DNA from: the human T2T-CHM13v2.0 reference genome, Homo sapiens
DNA: 64,000 bases
Reading direction: 5' to 3' (one strand)
Assembly: GCF_009914755.1 (NCBI RefSeq)
Contig: NC_060929.1
Shown: positions 35,052 through 53,124 of the stretch, in pieces
Layout of the letters: every line of letters starts with the position of its first letter
Position numbering within the stretch: the first letter of the stretch is position 1
Position numbers and translations under genes: made by a program
The notes under the pieces: model-generated
Databases searched by the model: none
What the model was told of the DNA's origin: nothing
The model's input: only the letters and a program-made list of their open reading frames with translations

Positions 35052-36515
35052 TCATGTGAGCTGAAAGGGGCATTGTAGACTGATTAGGAGCTTGCTGGCC
35101 CAGGAGGCGGGCACACAGGCCAGAGTGCCGGTGACTTTGGGCCCTCAAGTAGATGGAGCAGATGGAGCATGGTAAAGGTGATGAGGCCGTGGAAGCAGGC
35201 CCAGGTCCCCAGCCGGCCTCGGGCCCTGTCCTGCTCGCTGGATGTACTCTCTCTCTCGATGGTGGCACACCGGGGGGCTTCAACCCCACTCTGTGCTCTC
35301 ACCCTCCCTGACAGCTCTCCTGGGCTCCAGTCCTGGAGGACCCCAGACCTCGAGCCCAGCCCACATCCAACACTGGGTAGGATGACTGGAAGCACGGAGC
35401 TCACAACTGTGCACCCGCCAGAGGAGCAAGTACCACAAAGAATGAGAATTCCCAGCGCTGGAGAGAATGTGGAGAAGGAGGCACCCACACAGTAATGATA
35501 AACAGCATCCATACACCGATGGCAAATTCTCCAAATTCTCCTTTCCCAAGACCTCCTGCTGCAACAGCAGCAAGCGTGCACCGAGCACTGTCCATGTGAA
35601 GCACAGCCCTACGCATGTGTGCATTCCACATGCCTTCACACCCCTGCGGTTGCCTCCGTATTGCCACTGTACAGATAGAAAGCTAGCACACAGAGGTTAA
35701 CGCATTCCAAAACACATGACCGTTAAGATATTGTCTTGGGAAGACAGGATTAAGGGAAGCTACTATTCATTCTACAGATGTCTGTATAATTTGCATTTCT
35801 GCATTTTACAAAATGTAATCATCTCTTCCATCAGCGTGGGAAACCCTGCTCTCCCTCCCACTAGGTTGGCTGTCCAGGTGATGCTCACCCACCAGACATT
35901 CCTGACCCCGCTCATCCCCCACAGCCAATCGGTCACCAAGTGCCTCCATTCTGAGCTGAAATGGGCTTTGCAGACTGAGTAGGAGCGGGCCCAAGAGGAG
36001 GGCACTGTGGGTGGGGTGGCTGAGAGTGCCAGGCCCCTGCCCCCACCTCTCCTCACCATCCTGACAGCAGCTTGGCGTGGATGCTTTCTGGCCGCAGAAC
36101 CCCTCCCGGGCATTGCAGGCGTGCTGTCCCTCCACTTTCCCTCCTCCCCTCCCCGCTGCTGGCCAGCCTCAATGGCTCTCCCCCCGGGTGGCAATACCAG
36201 TGTCTCCCACTGGCCCAGTCCTTGCTCAGGGGTCAGATGATCTTTCTAGAACACAAGTCCCTCTCCTGCCTAAAACCATCCCCTGCCCCTTTGCTGCTTA
36301 TGGACAGAATCTGGTGCCTCCTTGGCCTCCTTGCCACCCACCCGGTGCGGCTCCAGACCTCCACGTGCCCTAGATCTGGAACAGCCCCTCCCCACCTCTG
36401 ACGTCTGAGCTGCTGTGCTGCTTCCCCAGCGTCTCACACCGAGGCTCCCCACCCAGGACTCCTGCACTTTTCCATAGCTCTGTGGAGCGGCCGGCTCATT
36501 ACCACTTTTAACAGG

Positions 36516-36805
36516 TTTTTTTTTTTTTTGAAGTGGAGTCTCGCCCTGTTGCCCAGGCTGTAGTGCAGTGGCACGGTCTCGGCTCACCGTAACCTCCGCC
36601 TCCCAGTTTCAAACAGTTCTCCTGCCTCAGCCTCCCGAGTAGTTGGGATTACAGACGCCTGCCACCGCACGCAGCTAATTTTTGTATTTTTAGTAGAGAT
36701 GGGGTTTCACCGTGTTGGCCAGGCTCTCAAACTCTTAACCTTGTGATCCGCCCGCCTTGGCCTCCCGAAGTGCTGGGATTACAGGCGTGAGCCACCATGA
36801 CCCGC
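36516..36805 (-). mobile_element. Alu, intron 1
   Basis: Reverse Alu consensus. Confidence 0.93.
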
Positions 36806-39800
36806 TCTTAACGGTTCTTTAGTTCAAGACAAGGGCTTCTGTGTGTCTTTTCGTCGTGGCATATTCCCAGGATTGGACTTAGCCAGCAATTTACCCATGG
36901 CTGGTTTTGAGGATCCAAGGGACCAAAAGAAGCCATAGTATGTGTGGGCAGGTGTAGGCGTGAGCGGAAAGAGGGCACAGGGTACCGGGAGGGTGGAGAG
37001 GCTGTGCACGGAGGGGCACGCCGGGCGTGTGGTGGACCTGGGGGAAATGTCTGCAACATGCTGCTTTGTAAAGGTCTCTGGGACAGCAAAGTAAAAATGG
37101 CCATGAGGTGGTTAGAAATTGAAGAGTCCACCTGGCCAGCCCTCTAGGGCATTCCCTGGGGAATGTGGACAGTGGCCTGTGTGCCTGCCCCTTCTTTCCC
37201 GCTTGGCCCCCATGCTATTTGGAACCAGATGTCAGACACCTATTAACCCCCTGAAATGAGCCATCTATTATCTAGAGAGCCGTTTCACCCTTGTGGCCTG
37301 AATTTCCTAATCTCCAAAATAAGCATAATAAGGTCTGCGTGACGAGGTTAAAACCTGTACGTGCCCTGCTGTGAAGCAATCTGAGAAACCATTTCACACG
37401 GAGGTGTGGCCCACTGCCGGACACGCCACATCTGTGTGCATGTGCCGGTGCACGCTTGCTGCTTAAAACAAATCAATCTCCATTTGGTAGAATTTAGAGT
37501 AGCTTCGAGGACAGTGTGTTGAGTTGGGTGATGATGGGGGCTTCCCCTAAACCCACCTGAAAGTCTGAGGCACACTGTGAGCGGGAACGAAGCCATCACC
37601 TGCCCCGGAAGGCCCCTTCCGCTTGGAGCAGCACCGTCTGCCCGGAGTTCCCAGCAGTCTCCCAAAGGGCACGTCCAGGGTGGGCGAAAGGCCATGGTGC
37701 TGGGGCTGGTGTGTGCAGTGGGTGGAGGCTGGGTGGACGCGGGGCTAGGGATGGCCTGGGACTCCAGCAGGAAGGGCCGGTACCACGAGCCCAAGAAGCT
37801 GGTGCTTATCTTGTGGGTGAGTTGGGGGGGGCCCTGAAGGCTCATTTACAGCAGTCCCTTTGGGGCAGAATGGAGACAAATTTCTGGAAGATGCTGGAAA
37901 CAGGGAGTGGTGATGAGGTTGAGAAGGGCTGGACCTGCGGGGAGCGTGGGCTGCCTGAGTGCCCCGTGGGGGTGGAGACCAGGAGGAGGGGGCCTGAGCA
38001 GATGCTAAGCTCCCAGCACACGGCCGCCGTGGGGCAGCCAGCTATGCCAGGCAGTTTCCCCGGCTTCCGTGGGGTCAAGGCTCTGCTTGCTGGCCGGCAG
38101 GACGAGCGGCGTTATCAGACAACCCAGCTGGCGCAGAGGTGGCCCCCCAGTGCTGCTAAATCGGGGCCACCAGCTCCTGCCGCAGGAAGAGGGAAATGCA
38201 GGCAGGATGTCCTCTCCTGTGGCCGACAAGTCCTTTCCCATGAACCCCTGCTGACCTCGCCGGCCACGTGGCGGGCCTCCCCTACTCACCACCTGGATCT
38301 ACCCAGGCCTGGCCGTGGGCTAGGGTGGTGCGGGCCTCAGACAGGGCCGGGGGTGTGCCTGCTGTTACCCCGTCCAGCCCGGCCAGGGCTGGCGCCCTGC
38401 TCCTCCTCCGGGAATGAATGCCCGCATCTTCCTGCTCCCAGACCTGTCTCCTCAGTGTGACCGGAAAACCCAGATTCCAGAGGAAGCCAGTGTCTGAAAA
38501 GGATCGAAACTCAGGAATCCCTGGCTCCAGCTGGACACACTGACTGAATCTTGCTCAGAGTCTAGGGGGTGTGAGAGGCTCTCCAGACCCCTCTCCCTGC
38601 CCACCCCCAACTCCGAGGGGCATCTCAGAGGGACGTGGGGCACAGGCTAGGCCTTGGTGGAGAGAAAACTGCCCTGTGGAGGAAAATACGGCAGCAGGAG
38701 GGGAGTAAGCCAGACACAGAGAAGCACCTCCCCTTGCAGCTGATTCGCTTAATTTCCCTGGTTCCCCCATTCCCCTCTGTCCCATCATACTCAAGTGCTC
38801 CCAACTTTCCTCCCTCCTTATCTGGCCGGGTGCATCAGCTGAGGTCTCCGAGGAAATCCCATTGCCTACCTCCACCCAAGGTCCTGCTCCTCTCCCAGGG
38901 TCTCCCTTTGATAAATTATCCTTGAAGCCAGAGACCTGGGACTTCCTCTGTCCCCACCATCCCCAGCTGCTACCTGCCTCCACCCCAGTTTATCCCCTGG
39001 GTTATCCACTTGCAGTTCCTGTCTCCCCTGGACACCAGCCTCCTTGCTGCTGGCACTGCCGCATCTCCAGCCTCGTTTCCCCTACCTCCCATCCACTCCT
39101 CCCAGACTCCAGCCTCACCGGACCACCCACTTGGCCACATTCACCATCTGGACTTGCCTGTCTCTGGGGCTTCATGGGGTTCTTTGCTCTGCTTGGAATT
39201 CCCTGTCCTGGAGTTCTGCAGACCCCACCAGGAAGCCCTTAGCTGGAAGTGACACTGCCTTCCTGTGCAGCTTACAGCCACCAGCTGGGCCTCACCAGGG
39301 CCCCTGAACACTTTCATCCCTGGGCAATACACGTCTGATGGCATGTCTGTGTCCCTGCAAGGCACAGGAAACCCCTGTGCGATGGGGCCAGGTCCAAGTC
39401 CTCCCTGGGCCACCCCGAACAGGCACTATGCTGGGGTCTTGCATAGAACTGCAGGCTCCTTCCCTGGGTCGGGGTGCCACTGCTGGGGGTTACAGTGAAG
39501 AATTCGCCAGACAGACCACACATCACACCTCGTACCCTGTCTGGGCCCAGCCATGTGGGCCCTATGCTCTGGGAGGGCTCAGGACTCCTTCAGCCACACT
39601 GGCTCTGTGCCATAGGCCTGGTGGATGAGGGAACAGCACCTGCATTCGAGTCCTCAGAGCCCTGAGCTGGAGCAGAAGGTCCCCAGGCCCAAGTAAAGTG
39701 GGCCTGATCCCCACATCCTGCCTGCAGTGACTTGCATCCCTGGGCCACACATCTGTCCACATCTGGGCCTTTGTGACCCAGGTCACAGCAAGGGCAAACG

Positions 39801-41449
39801 TCCTGAGACCAGGCCACTCCAGATGCCCAGCAGACCCTGCTCCTGCATGTCCCTGAGCTGGTAGCCACAGTGCAGAGGTGCCAATGGCCTCTCTCTAGAC
39901 TAAGCCCCAAGAGACATCTGTGACCTACCCTCTCCACTGGGGCAAGACTGTGGAACTGCAGCAGGCATCTGGGTCTTGGAGTCCAGCCCAAGCACACACA
40001 ACCCACACAACCTCGGGGCTTGCCAGCTTGTGCCATGGCTATGCTTGTGCCATGGCTATGCTTGTGCCATGGCTATGCTTGGGGAAACTGAGGTGCAGGG
40101 AGGGGAAAGGAGGGGGCCCAGGTCACACAGAAAGGACTTTACGGCAGAGGCAGGACAAGAGTCTGGTTCTATGATCAATAGCACACTTTTAAGGGGTCAG
40201 CTTCAGGATGCTCAGGCTTCTGGCCTGCTCCCACCGGACCAGCTGCCCTGACACCCGACTGCAGCTCCCACCGGACCAGCTGCCCTGACACCCGACTGCA
40301 GCTGAGGGCTTGTGCTTCCGCCATGGCATCCCCCATCAAGCTGGGGGCTCCCGGGGTCTTCAGCCTAGCAGGGGGTACAGCAAGGTGCAGGGCTCACGGA
40401 GGGATGACCTCTGTCTTCATTGCCATCTCCCCACCAGCCAAACCCAGGTCCAGCCCAGGACACCCCTCTCCATGGGGCCCCCAACTAATGCCCTCTCTCC
40501 TCTTCATAACTGGGTCACTAAGAGTCACTACTTACTGCAGGGAATAGCTTCCTCACCCTTCACCCCACGTCCCTCTGTGCTCCACCCGGGAGCACCAGGA
40601 CACTGGCCTCTCCTGGTTCTCCTTATACCTGCAGAATGTTCCCTGGATCCCTGGAAGCCCCCTTGCCCTCTGGGCCCCTCCTCCAGGGTTCCCCTCCCGG
40701 GTCTCTCTCTTCCTCTCCAGCTACTCAGCCCAGCTCAGACACTGCGCCCAGGTGCCTGTCCCATGTCTCCTCCAGGATAAGCGTCTCCCATTCTACAGCC
40801 CTGCAGTCCAACCAAGGTCTACCAGCCACTCGACAAATACATCCTGAGCACCTGTGGGAGCCTGGTCCTGGGCTGGGTCCAGGAGGGCCAAGGGCAGCGC
40901 CCTGATCTGGCCTGCCCGACTCGGAGGCCCAGATAGATGTTCTCCTCCCTCCTCCCCTGGTTGAGCCAGACCTGCCCCCTCTCCTGTCCTCTGCCCTTCA
41001 GCCAGTGGACATACAGGTGGTGAGCAAAGGCAGGCTTTGTCAGGCTTACTTTGGGCCTCCTGGGGACCTTGGGGAAGTGACACATGTCCTTGGTCTAAGC
41101 TTCTCCATGTGTAAAATGGGTCTGACACTCCCTGTGAGAATTACAAGCATGTAAAGCCAGTATTTAATTCCTATGGCGTGCAGAAATGTTGAGGTCCCCG
41201 TCGCTGACTTCAGGGCTTCAGACACTGGAACCCCTGACCCCGCCCTTACACCCTTTGATTTCCAGGGACACCAGCTCCGTGGGGACTCCCAGCTCATCTT
41301 CTCAGCTTCCTCCCTGACATCTCCATCCACTCCCTCTGCCGCCCGCTCATCCCCCACAGTCCCTCTTTCCAACCCCTCCGCCTCCGCTTCAGGTCTGCGT
41401 CTCTCCCCGCCAGAGCCACATCCCAACACAAACCGAACCCCGCCTCTCC

Positions 41450-42530
41450 TGTGCAGGGGACCCTCCCGCGGGGGCCTCTGCTCCTCAGCTGGCCTTCGAG
41501 GCCCCTGTCCCCTCAAATCCGGGGACCCCTGGCCTTCCGCCCCTTCTGCGGCGCTGACAGCCCGCGATTCGCCTCCTCAAGATTCGTCTCAAGTGCCAGC
41601 GTGCACCTGCACCCGTCCGCCTCGGGCGCGCGGTGGTCCCCGGCCCCTGTCCCCGCCGTCGCCGGCCACGGGGAGGGGGAAGCCCGCCTCGAGCGCCCTC
41701 TGGGGGACCGACCGCGAGCGGAGGCGCTGGGCGTCGGGAAGTGCGCACCCAAGTCCGGGGCCCGGCCGGGATGGATCTCCGGCGCGCGTGGGTCGGGACG
41801 GCGCGGCGCGGGGACCCCGCGGGGAAGCGAGTAAGGGCGCGAAGGATCCGGGCTCAGCGCGCAGCCCGGCAGGGCCCGGCTCCGAGGACGCGGAGCCACC
41901 GACGGAGACGCGGATTCAGGGGCCGGGAGAGCTACCCCTGCGCCGAGGCGCGGCCCGGCCGCCCTGGCCCTGACCCGGCTGCGGTCCCCGCCCGCCCCTT
42001 CCTCATCCCGAGGTCCCGCGCCCCAAGCGCCGTGCTCCCCTCAGGCGTCCGCGCACCAGGGCCACCGTGTCCCCCGCCCGTACCCGGCGGAGCGGTCTCA
42101 GCGCCCGCCCCAGGTGCGCGGTACCCCCTCCCCGGCCAGCCCCACGCTCGGGCGGGTGGCCCGTTCGCCGCGCTCACCGTCCAGGAGTCCCAGGCAGAGC
42201 CACAGTCGCAGGCACAGCGCGGCGCCCCGCTGCATCTCCGGCCGCTGCGCGTGGGTCCGACCCGAGCGGCCGCGGCTCGGGGCTGAAAGTGTCCGCGCGG
42301 GCGCCGGCTGGCCTGGGGCGGGGCGGGGCGGGGCGGGGGCCGGAGGCGGGCCCGGGATTCAGGCCGCTCCCCGCGCCCCCCTCCCCCCGTCCCTCCCAGC
42401 CCGCCGCGGGGCGTCCGGTGCACCCGAGCAGTGCGCGCTCCGCACCACAGGGTCCGGGCCCCCTCCTGGGCGGCTCCGGGCGCGGGGACGCGGGTAACGC
42501 AGACGGTCTCGCGGTGCGCTCCGGAGGTGA
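41450..42530 (-). promoter_or_regulatory. FLT4: FLT4 CpG-island promoter, TATA-less, tandem GC boxes at ~42316-42350, TSS near 42290
   Basis: Very CpG-dense; GGGGCGGGGCGGGGCGGGGCGGGG just upstream of exon 1. Confidence 0.9.
42178..42235 (-). CDS. FLT4: FLT4 exon 1 coding part (signal peptide [19 protein letters not shown])
   Basis: ATG at 42235-42233, donor G|GTGAG, 58 nt. Confidence 0.97.
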
Positions 42531-42669
42531 TGGAGCCTGGTGGGCAAAGGGGAGCAAAATGCGGCACGCGCTCTTTTCCGTCCTTTCTTTCCATCGGTAA
42601 AATCTAGACTAAACAAGAAAGCAATCCTTGTAAAAATAGTATGTTACATCTTTGAAAATAGTGGCACCA

Positions 42670-46860
<4,191 letters not shown>

Positions 46861-46995
46861 GGTATCTTGCTATCTCATGACCATGATGAGAAGGTCATGC
46901 TTTCTACACTTTTCTCTAGCTCCCCCTCAGTCATACATTAACGATCTACACGGAATGGTTCATTTTCTCAGCTTTGTCTATTTTTGTACTGATAC

Positions 46996-47434
46996 TGTCA
47001 CCAAAACATCACAGGTTCCGTCTAGGTCCGGCCGCCCACCATACAGAAAGCCAATGACAGAGGAGACAAGTATTGTCAAGGAGGAACGTTTTAATCAGGT
47101 GCTGTGGCTGACAAATCCATCTCCCTGACCAACTAAAACCAGGGCTTTACATAGCAAGGAAGAAATGAAACAATGTGTAACAAAACAAAAACTAAGGAGG
47201 GGCAAGGAAGCAGTCATGATGAATGAACGGTCCAGCATCATTGTCTGGATGTGGAGATCTGGCGATTCTCAGTTCTTTGATACTTTATTTTTTTATTTTT
47301 TTAGAGGACTGAAGGTTGTTTCCTGAGGAAGGAACTCAGCTAAAACAAACTTAAGGTTCAAGCTTTAAGACCAGAAGCGTCCATTTCTACATTTATCCAA
47401 AAAAACTATCTATGGGACTATTGAGTCGGTTTCA
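46996..47434 (-). mobile_element. Solo ERV1 (MER4-group-like) LTR
   Basis: Minus strand runs TGAAACCGA...GGTGACA (TG...CA); near-matching 4-bp flanks ATAC/ATAG; subfamily uncertain. Confidence 0.65.
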
Positions 47435-47708
47435 ATAGTACCATATCTTCATTATCTTAGTTATATAAAAATCTACATATCTGGAAGCGTAAGTCCTTCC
47501 AACCTGTTCCTCAAAAGTGACTTTGGAATTTTTCACAAGTTGAATTTTCATTTAAATTTTAGACTTATTTTTAATCAGCTTCCACACATACATGATATGC
47601 TGGGATTTTGATTAGAGTTACAATTAGCCTATGACCAATTTGGGGCAAACCAACTTTCTTTTAATCCATAAACATGGAATATCTCTTCGTTTTTATTTTT
47701 AATATATA

Positions 47709-47912
47709 TGATGGTTAATATTGAGTGTCAACTTGATTGGATTGAAGGATGCAAAGTATTGTTCCTGGGCGTGTCTGAGGGTGTTGCCAAAGGAGATGAA
47801 CATTTGAGTCAGTGGGCTGGGAGAGGCAGACCCACCCTCAGTCTGGGTGAGCACCATCTAATCAACTGCCAGCACGGCTAGAACAAAGCAGGCAGAAGAA
47901 CGTGGAAGGACT
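47709..47912 (+). mobile_element. MLT2 (ERVL) LTR 5' fragment
   Basis: TGATGGTTAATATTGAGTGTCAACTTGATTGGATTGAAGGATGC matches the MLT2A start as I recall it. Confidence 0.8.
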
Positions 47913-47936
47913 GAAAGAATGTACTTTTTTTTTTGA

Positions 47937-48041
<105 letters not shown>

Positions 48042-48780
48042 TGAGTAGCTGGGATCACAGGCACGCACCACCACACCCGGCTAATTTTGTATTTTTCATA
48101 AAGATGGGGTTTCTCCATGTTGGTCAGGCTGGTCTCGAACTCCCGACCTCAGGTGATTCGCCCGCCTTGGCCTCCCAAATTGCTGGGATTACAGGCGTGA
48201 GCCACTGCGCCCAGCCTCGTCTGTATTTCTTAAATTAGTCTAGCTAATGGTTTGTCAGTTTCATTTATCTTGTCAAAAGAAAACTTTGTTTCGTTGATCT
48301 TTTAAAAAATTGTCTCTATTTTGTTTATTTTTGCTCTGATCTTTATTATGTCTTTCCTTTTTACTAATTTTGGGTCTGGTTTGCTCTTGTTTTTTTGAGG
48401 TGTACTTTTAGGTTGTTTATTTGAAATTTTTCTATTTTTTTGATGTAGGAGCTTATTGTTATAAACTTCCCTCTTAGTACTGCTTTTGCGGCAACCTTAG
48501 GTTTTGGTGTGTTTCAGTAAAATTTTAAATTACCCTCTTAATTTCTCCTTTGACCATTCAGGAACACGTCTAATTTCCACATATTTGTACAGTTTCCAAA
48601 ATTCTCTTCTTACTGATTTTCTAGTTTTATTCCAGTGTGGTCAGCAAAGATACTTGATCTGATTTCAATTTGCTAGAATTTGTTGACACTTGTTTTGTGG
48701 CCTAAGATATGGTGTATCCTGGAGAATATTCTATGGGCTGATAAGAAGAATGTGTATTCGGTGAAACCCCGTCTCTACTA

Positions 48781-49056
<276 letters not shown>

Positions 49057-49998
49057 TCAGGAGTTCGAGACCAGCCTGGCCAACATGATGAAACCCCGTT
49101 TCTACTAAAGATACAAAAAATTAGCTGGGCGTGATGGCATGTGCCTGTAATCCCAGCTACTCAGGAGGCTGAGGCAAGAGAATTGCTTGAACCTGGGAGG
49201 CCACTGCACTCCAGCCTGGGCAACAGAGCGAGACTCTGTCTCAAAAAAAAAAAAAAAGTGTATTCTGCAGCTGTTGGATGAAACGTTCTGTAATATCAGT
49301 TATGTCCATTTGGTCTAGAGTATAGATTTAACTCCAGTGTTCTTTACTGATTTTCTCTTGGGATCGTCTGCCCACTGCTGGAAGTGGGGTGTTGAAGTCC
49401 CCTATTATCATCGGATTGCAGTCTGTTTCTCCCTTTAGATCTATTAATATTTGCTTTCTACATTTGAGTGCTCTGGTATTGGGTACATTTATATTTGTAA
49501 TTGTGATATCCTTTTTCTGAATGGACTCCTTTGTCATAATATAATGACCTTGCTTGTATCTTTTTACACTTTCTGACTTCAAGTCTATTTTGTCTGATAT
49601 AAGTATAGCTACTCTTCTTCTCTTTTAGTTTCCATTTGCATAGAATATCTTTTTCTACCCCTTCACTTTCGGTCTACCTGTGTCCTTACAGCTGAGCTGA
49701 GGCAGCATAGAATTGAGTCTTGCCTTTTTATTTATTCAGCCCCTCTACGTCTTTGAGATAATTTAATCCATTTATATTTTAGGTCGTTATTGATAGGCCT
49801 GTACTTACTCCTGCCATTTTGTTAAATTGTTTTCTAGTTGTTTTGTAGAGCTTCTGTTTTCCTCCTCTGTGGTTTGATGGCTTTGTACTCCGGTATGGTT
49901 TGGTTCTTTTCTTTTTATCTTTTGTGCATCTATTACAGGCTTTTGCTTTGTGATTACCCTGAGGCTTACATAAAACATCTTATAACAAGTTAATTTAA

Positions 49999-50262
<264 letters not shown>

Positions 50263-51136
50263 TGAGTAGCTGGGATTACAAGCACACACACCACCACACC
50301 CGGCTAATTTTTGTATTTTTAGTAGAGACCGGGTTTCGCCATGTTGGTCAGGCTGGTCTCAAACTCCTGACCTCGTGATCCGCCCTCCTCAGCCTTCCAG
50401 ATTGCTGGGATTACATGCGTGAGCCACCGCTCCAGGCCTATTTATTTATTTATTTTTAGATGGAGTGGCAGATCTTGGCTCACCACAACCTCTGCCTCCC
50501 GGGTTCAAGTGATTCTCCTGCCTCAGCCTCCTGAGTAGCTGGGACTAGAGGCGCACATGCCACCAAGCCCCGCCAATTTTTGTATTTTTAGTAGAGACGG
50601 GGTTTCACTATGTTGGCCAGCCTGGTCTTGAACTCCTGACCTGGTGATCTGCCCGCCTCGGCCTCCCAAAGTGCTGGGATTACAGGCGTGAGCCACTGCG
50701 CCCGGCCTTAGTTATTTTTTAATAGATTTGACATTTGACCTTTCTTTTCTTTTTCACTGACAGGATCTTGCTCTGTCCCCCAGGCTGGAGTGATTAGTGA
50801 TGTCCAGGATCTTTTTCATATGCTTGTTGGCTGTATGTCTTCTTTTGAAGTGTCTTTTCATGTCCTTTGCCCACTTTTAAATGGGGTTGTTTGTTTTTTG
50901 CTTCTTAATTTAAGTTTCTATTTCTTATTTTAAAAATTGTGGTAAAATACTCATAAAATTTACCATCTTAACCGTTTTTAGGTATACAACTCAGCGGCAT
51001 GAAGTATGATCACATTGTTGTGCCGACGTCACCCCCATCCGTGTCTTCAGAGCTCTTTCCATCTTGCAAAATTGAAACTCTATACCCATTAAAAATAACT
51101 CTAGGCCATGTGGAGAGGCGTGTGCTGCGCGCGCCG

Positions 51137-51494
51137 GACAGCGGGACAGAGGGACAGAGGGACAGCGGGACAGAGGGACAGAGGGACAGAGGGACAGCGG
51201 GACAGAGGGACAGAGGGACAGCGGGACAGAGGGACAGAGGGACAGAGGGACAGAGGGACAGCGGGACAGAGGGACAGAGGGACAGCGGGACAGAGGGACA
51301 GCGGGACAGAGGGACAGAGGGACAGAGGGACAGAGGGACAGCGGGACAGAGGGACAGCGGGACAGAGGGACAGAGGGACAGCGGGACAGAGGGACAGAGG
51401 GACAGCGGGACAGAGGGACAGAGGGACAGAGGGACAGAGGGACAGAGGGACAGCGGGACAGAGGGACAGCGGGACAGAGGGACAGAGGGACAGA
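51137..51494. repeat. 8-bp tandem repeat GGGACAG(A/C), ~44 units
   Basis: Direct inspection. Confidence 0.95.
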
Positions 51495-51990
51495 GGCCCA
51501 GCCCGGGAAGCCGCGCGGCTCCTTCCCCGCGCCCTGCCTGCCGCTCCGCACGGGGGTGGCCTCATCCGTGCGCACAGCTCACCTGTCTGTGGTTTTTTCT
51601 AGGACTGCCCGCCGCCTCCGTCCTGCACTTGATTCCTCTCGCCTTATTGCTGGACGGTGGTGGAAGGGCAAGAAGCAACCGAGGACGCCTCTGGGTGTTC
51701 TGTTTCTGTTTCCTTCTCGCAGCTTGGGAAGTGGAGGGCGTGGGATGGAAAAGAACCGGGACCTCCCTCCTCCTCTCCACCTTCTTATACTAAGGAGCCT
51801 GCTCTGCCTGCGGTAAGCCCCTAATTTCCCTTCCTCCTTTCCCTCTATCGCAGTCCTCGCCCACCCCGCGTCCCCGCCGCCACCCCCCACCCCGCGTCCC
51901 CGCCGCCACCCCCCACCCCCCAGTCCCCACCTCTCCGCCTCCCCCGCCCGCCGCCTTCCCGCCAAGCCAGGGGAGACAGTGAGCCCCGGC
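51494..51990. promoter_or_regulatory. Orphan CpG-rich island ~9 kb upstream of the FLT4 TSS
   Basis: GC/CpG-rich unique sequence with GC-box-like tracts, inside AT-rich L1/Alu DNA. Confidence 0.55.
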
Positions 51991-52642
51991 TTGTAAAGAA
52001 AAGTAAAATGGGCTGGGCGCGGTGGCTCACAACGTGAGGCCCAGGCGAGAGGATCGCTTGAGCCCAGAAGTTCGAGACCAGCCCGGGGAACATGGCGAAA
52101 CTCAGTCTCTACAAAAAAATTAGGCAAGCGTGGTGACGCACACCTGTAATCCCAGCTATTAGGGAGGCTGAGGTGGGAGGATCACCTGAACCCGGGGGGC
52201 AGAGGTTGCAGTGAGCCGAGAGATCGTGCCACCGCACTCCAGCCTGGGCGACAGAGTGAGACTCTCAAAAACAAACAAACAAAACAATTAGCAGCTCTGC
52301 TACACACCAACATTAACCAGCCTGACAATCAAATCAAGACAACCCCTTTTACACTAGCTGCAAAAATAAAACAAAATGCTTAAGAATATACCTAAGCAAG
52401 GAGGTGAAAGATCTCTACACAAGGAAAACTGCAAAACACTGCTGAAAGAAATCATTAGACGACACAAATGGAAGCACATCCCATGCTCGTGGATGGGTAG
52501 AATGAATATTGTGAAAATAACCATACTGCTAAAAGCAATCTACAAATTCAGTACAACTCCCATCAAAACTCCACCATCATTCCTCACACAACTAGAAAAA
52601 AACCCCTAAAATTAATACGGAGCCAAAAAAGAGCCTGCGTAG

Positions 52643-52798
<156 letters not shown>

Positions 52799-52869
52799 TG
52801 AACTATCCTTACAATCCAGCAATAAATCTTACGTGGTCATGATGTATAGTCTCTTTAATATGCTGCTGA

Positions 52870-53124
<255 letters not shown>

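Noticed and set aside
50991-51793. ORFs of 154-264 aa (GTEGQRD / PSVPLSLC repeats)
   Set aside because: Derived from the 8-bp tandem repeat.
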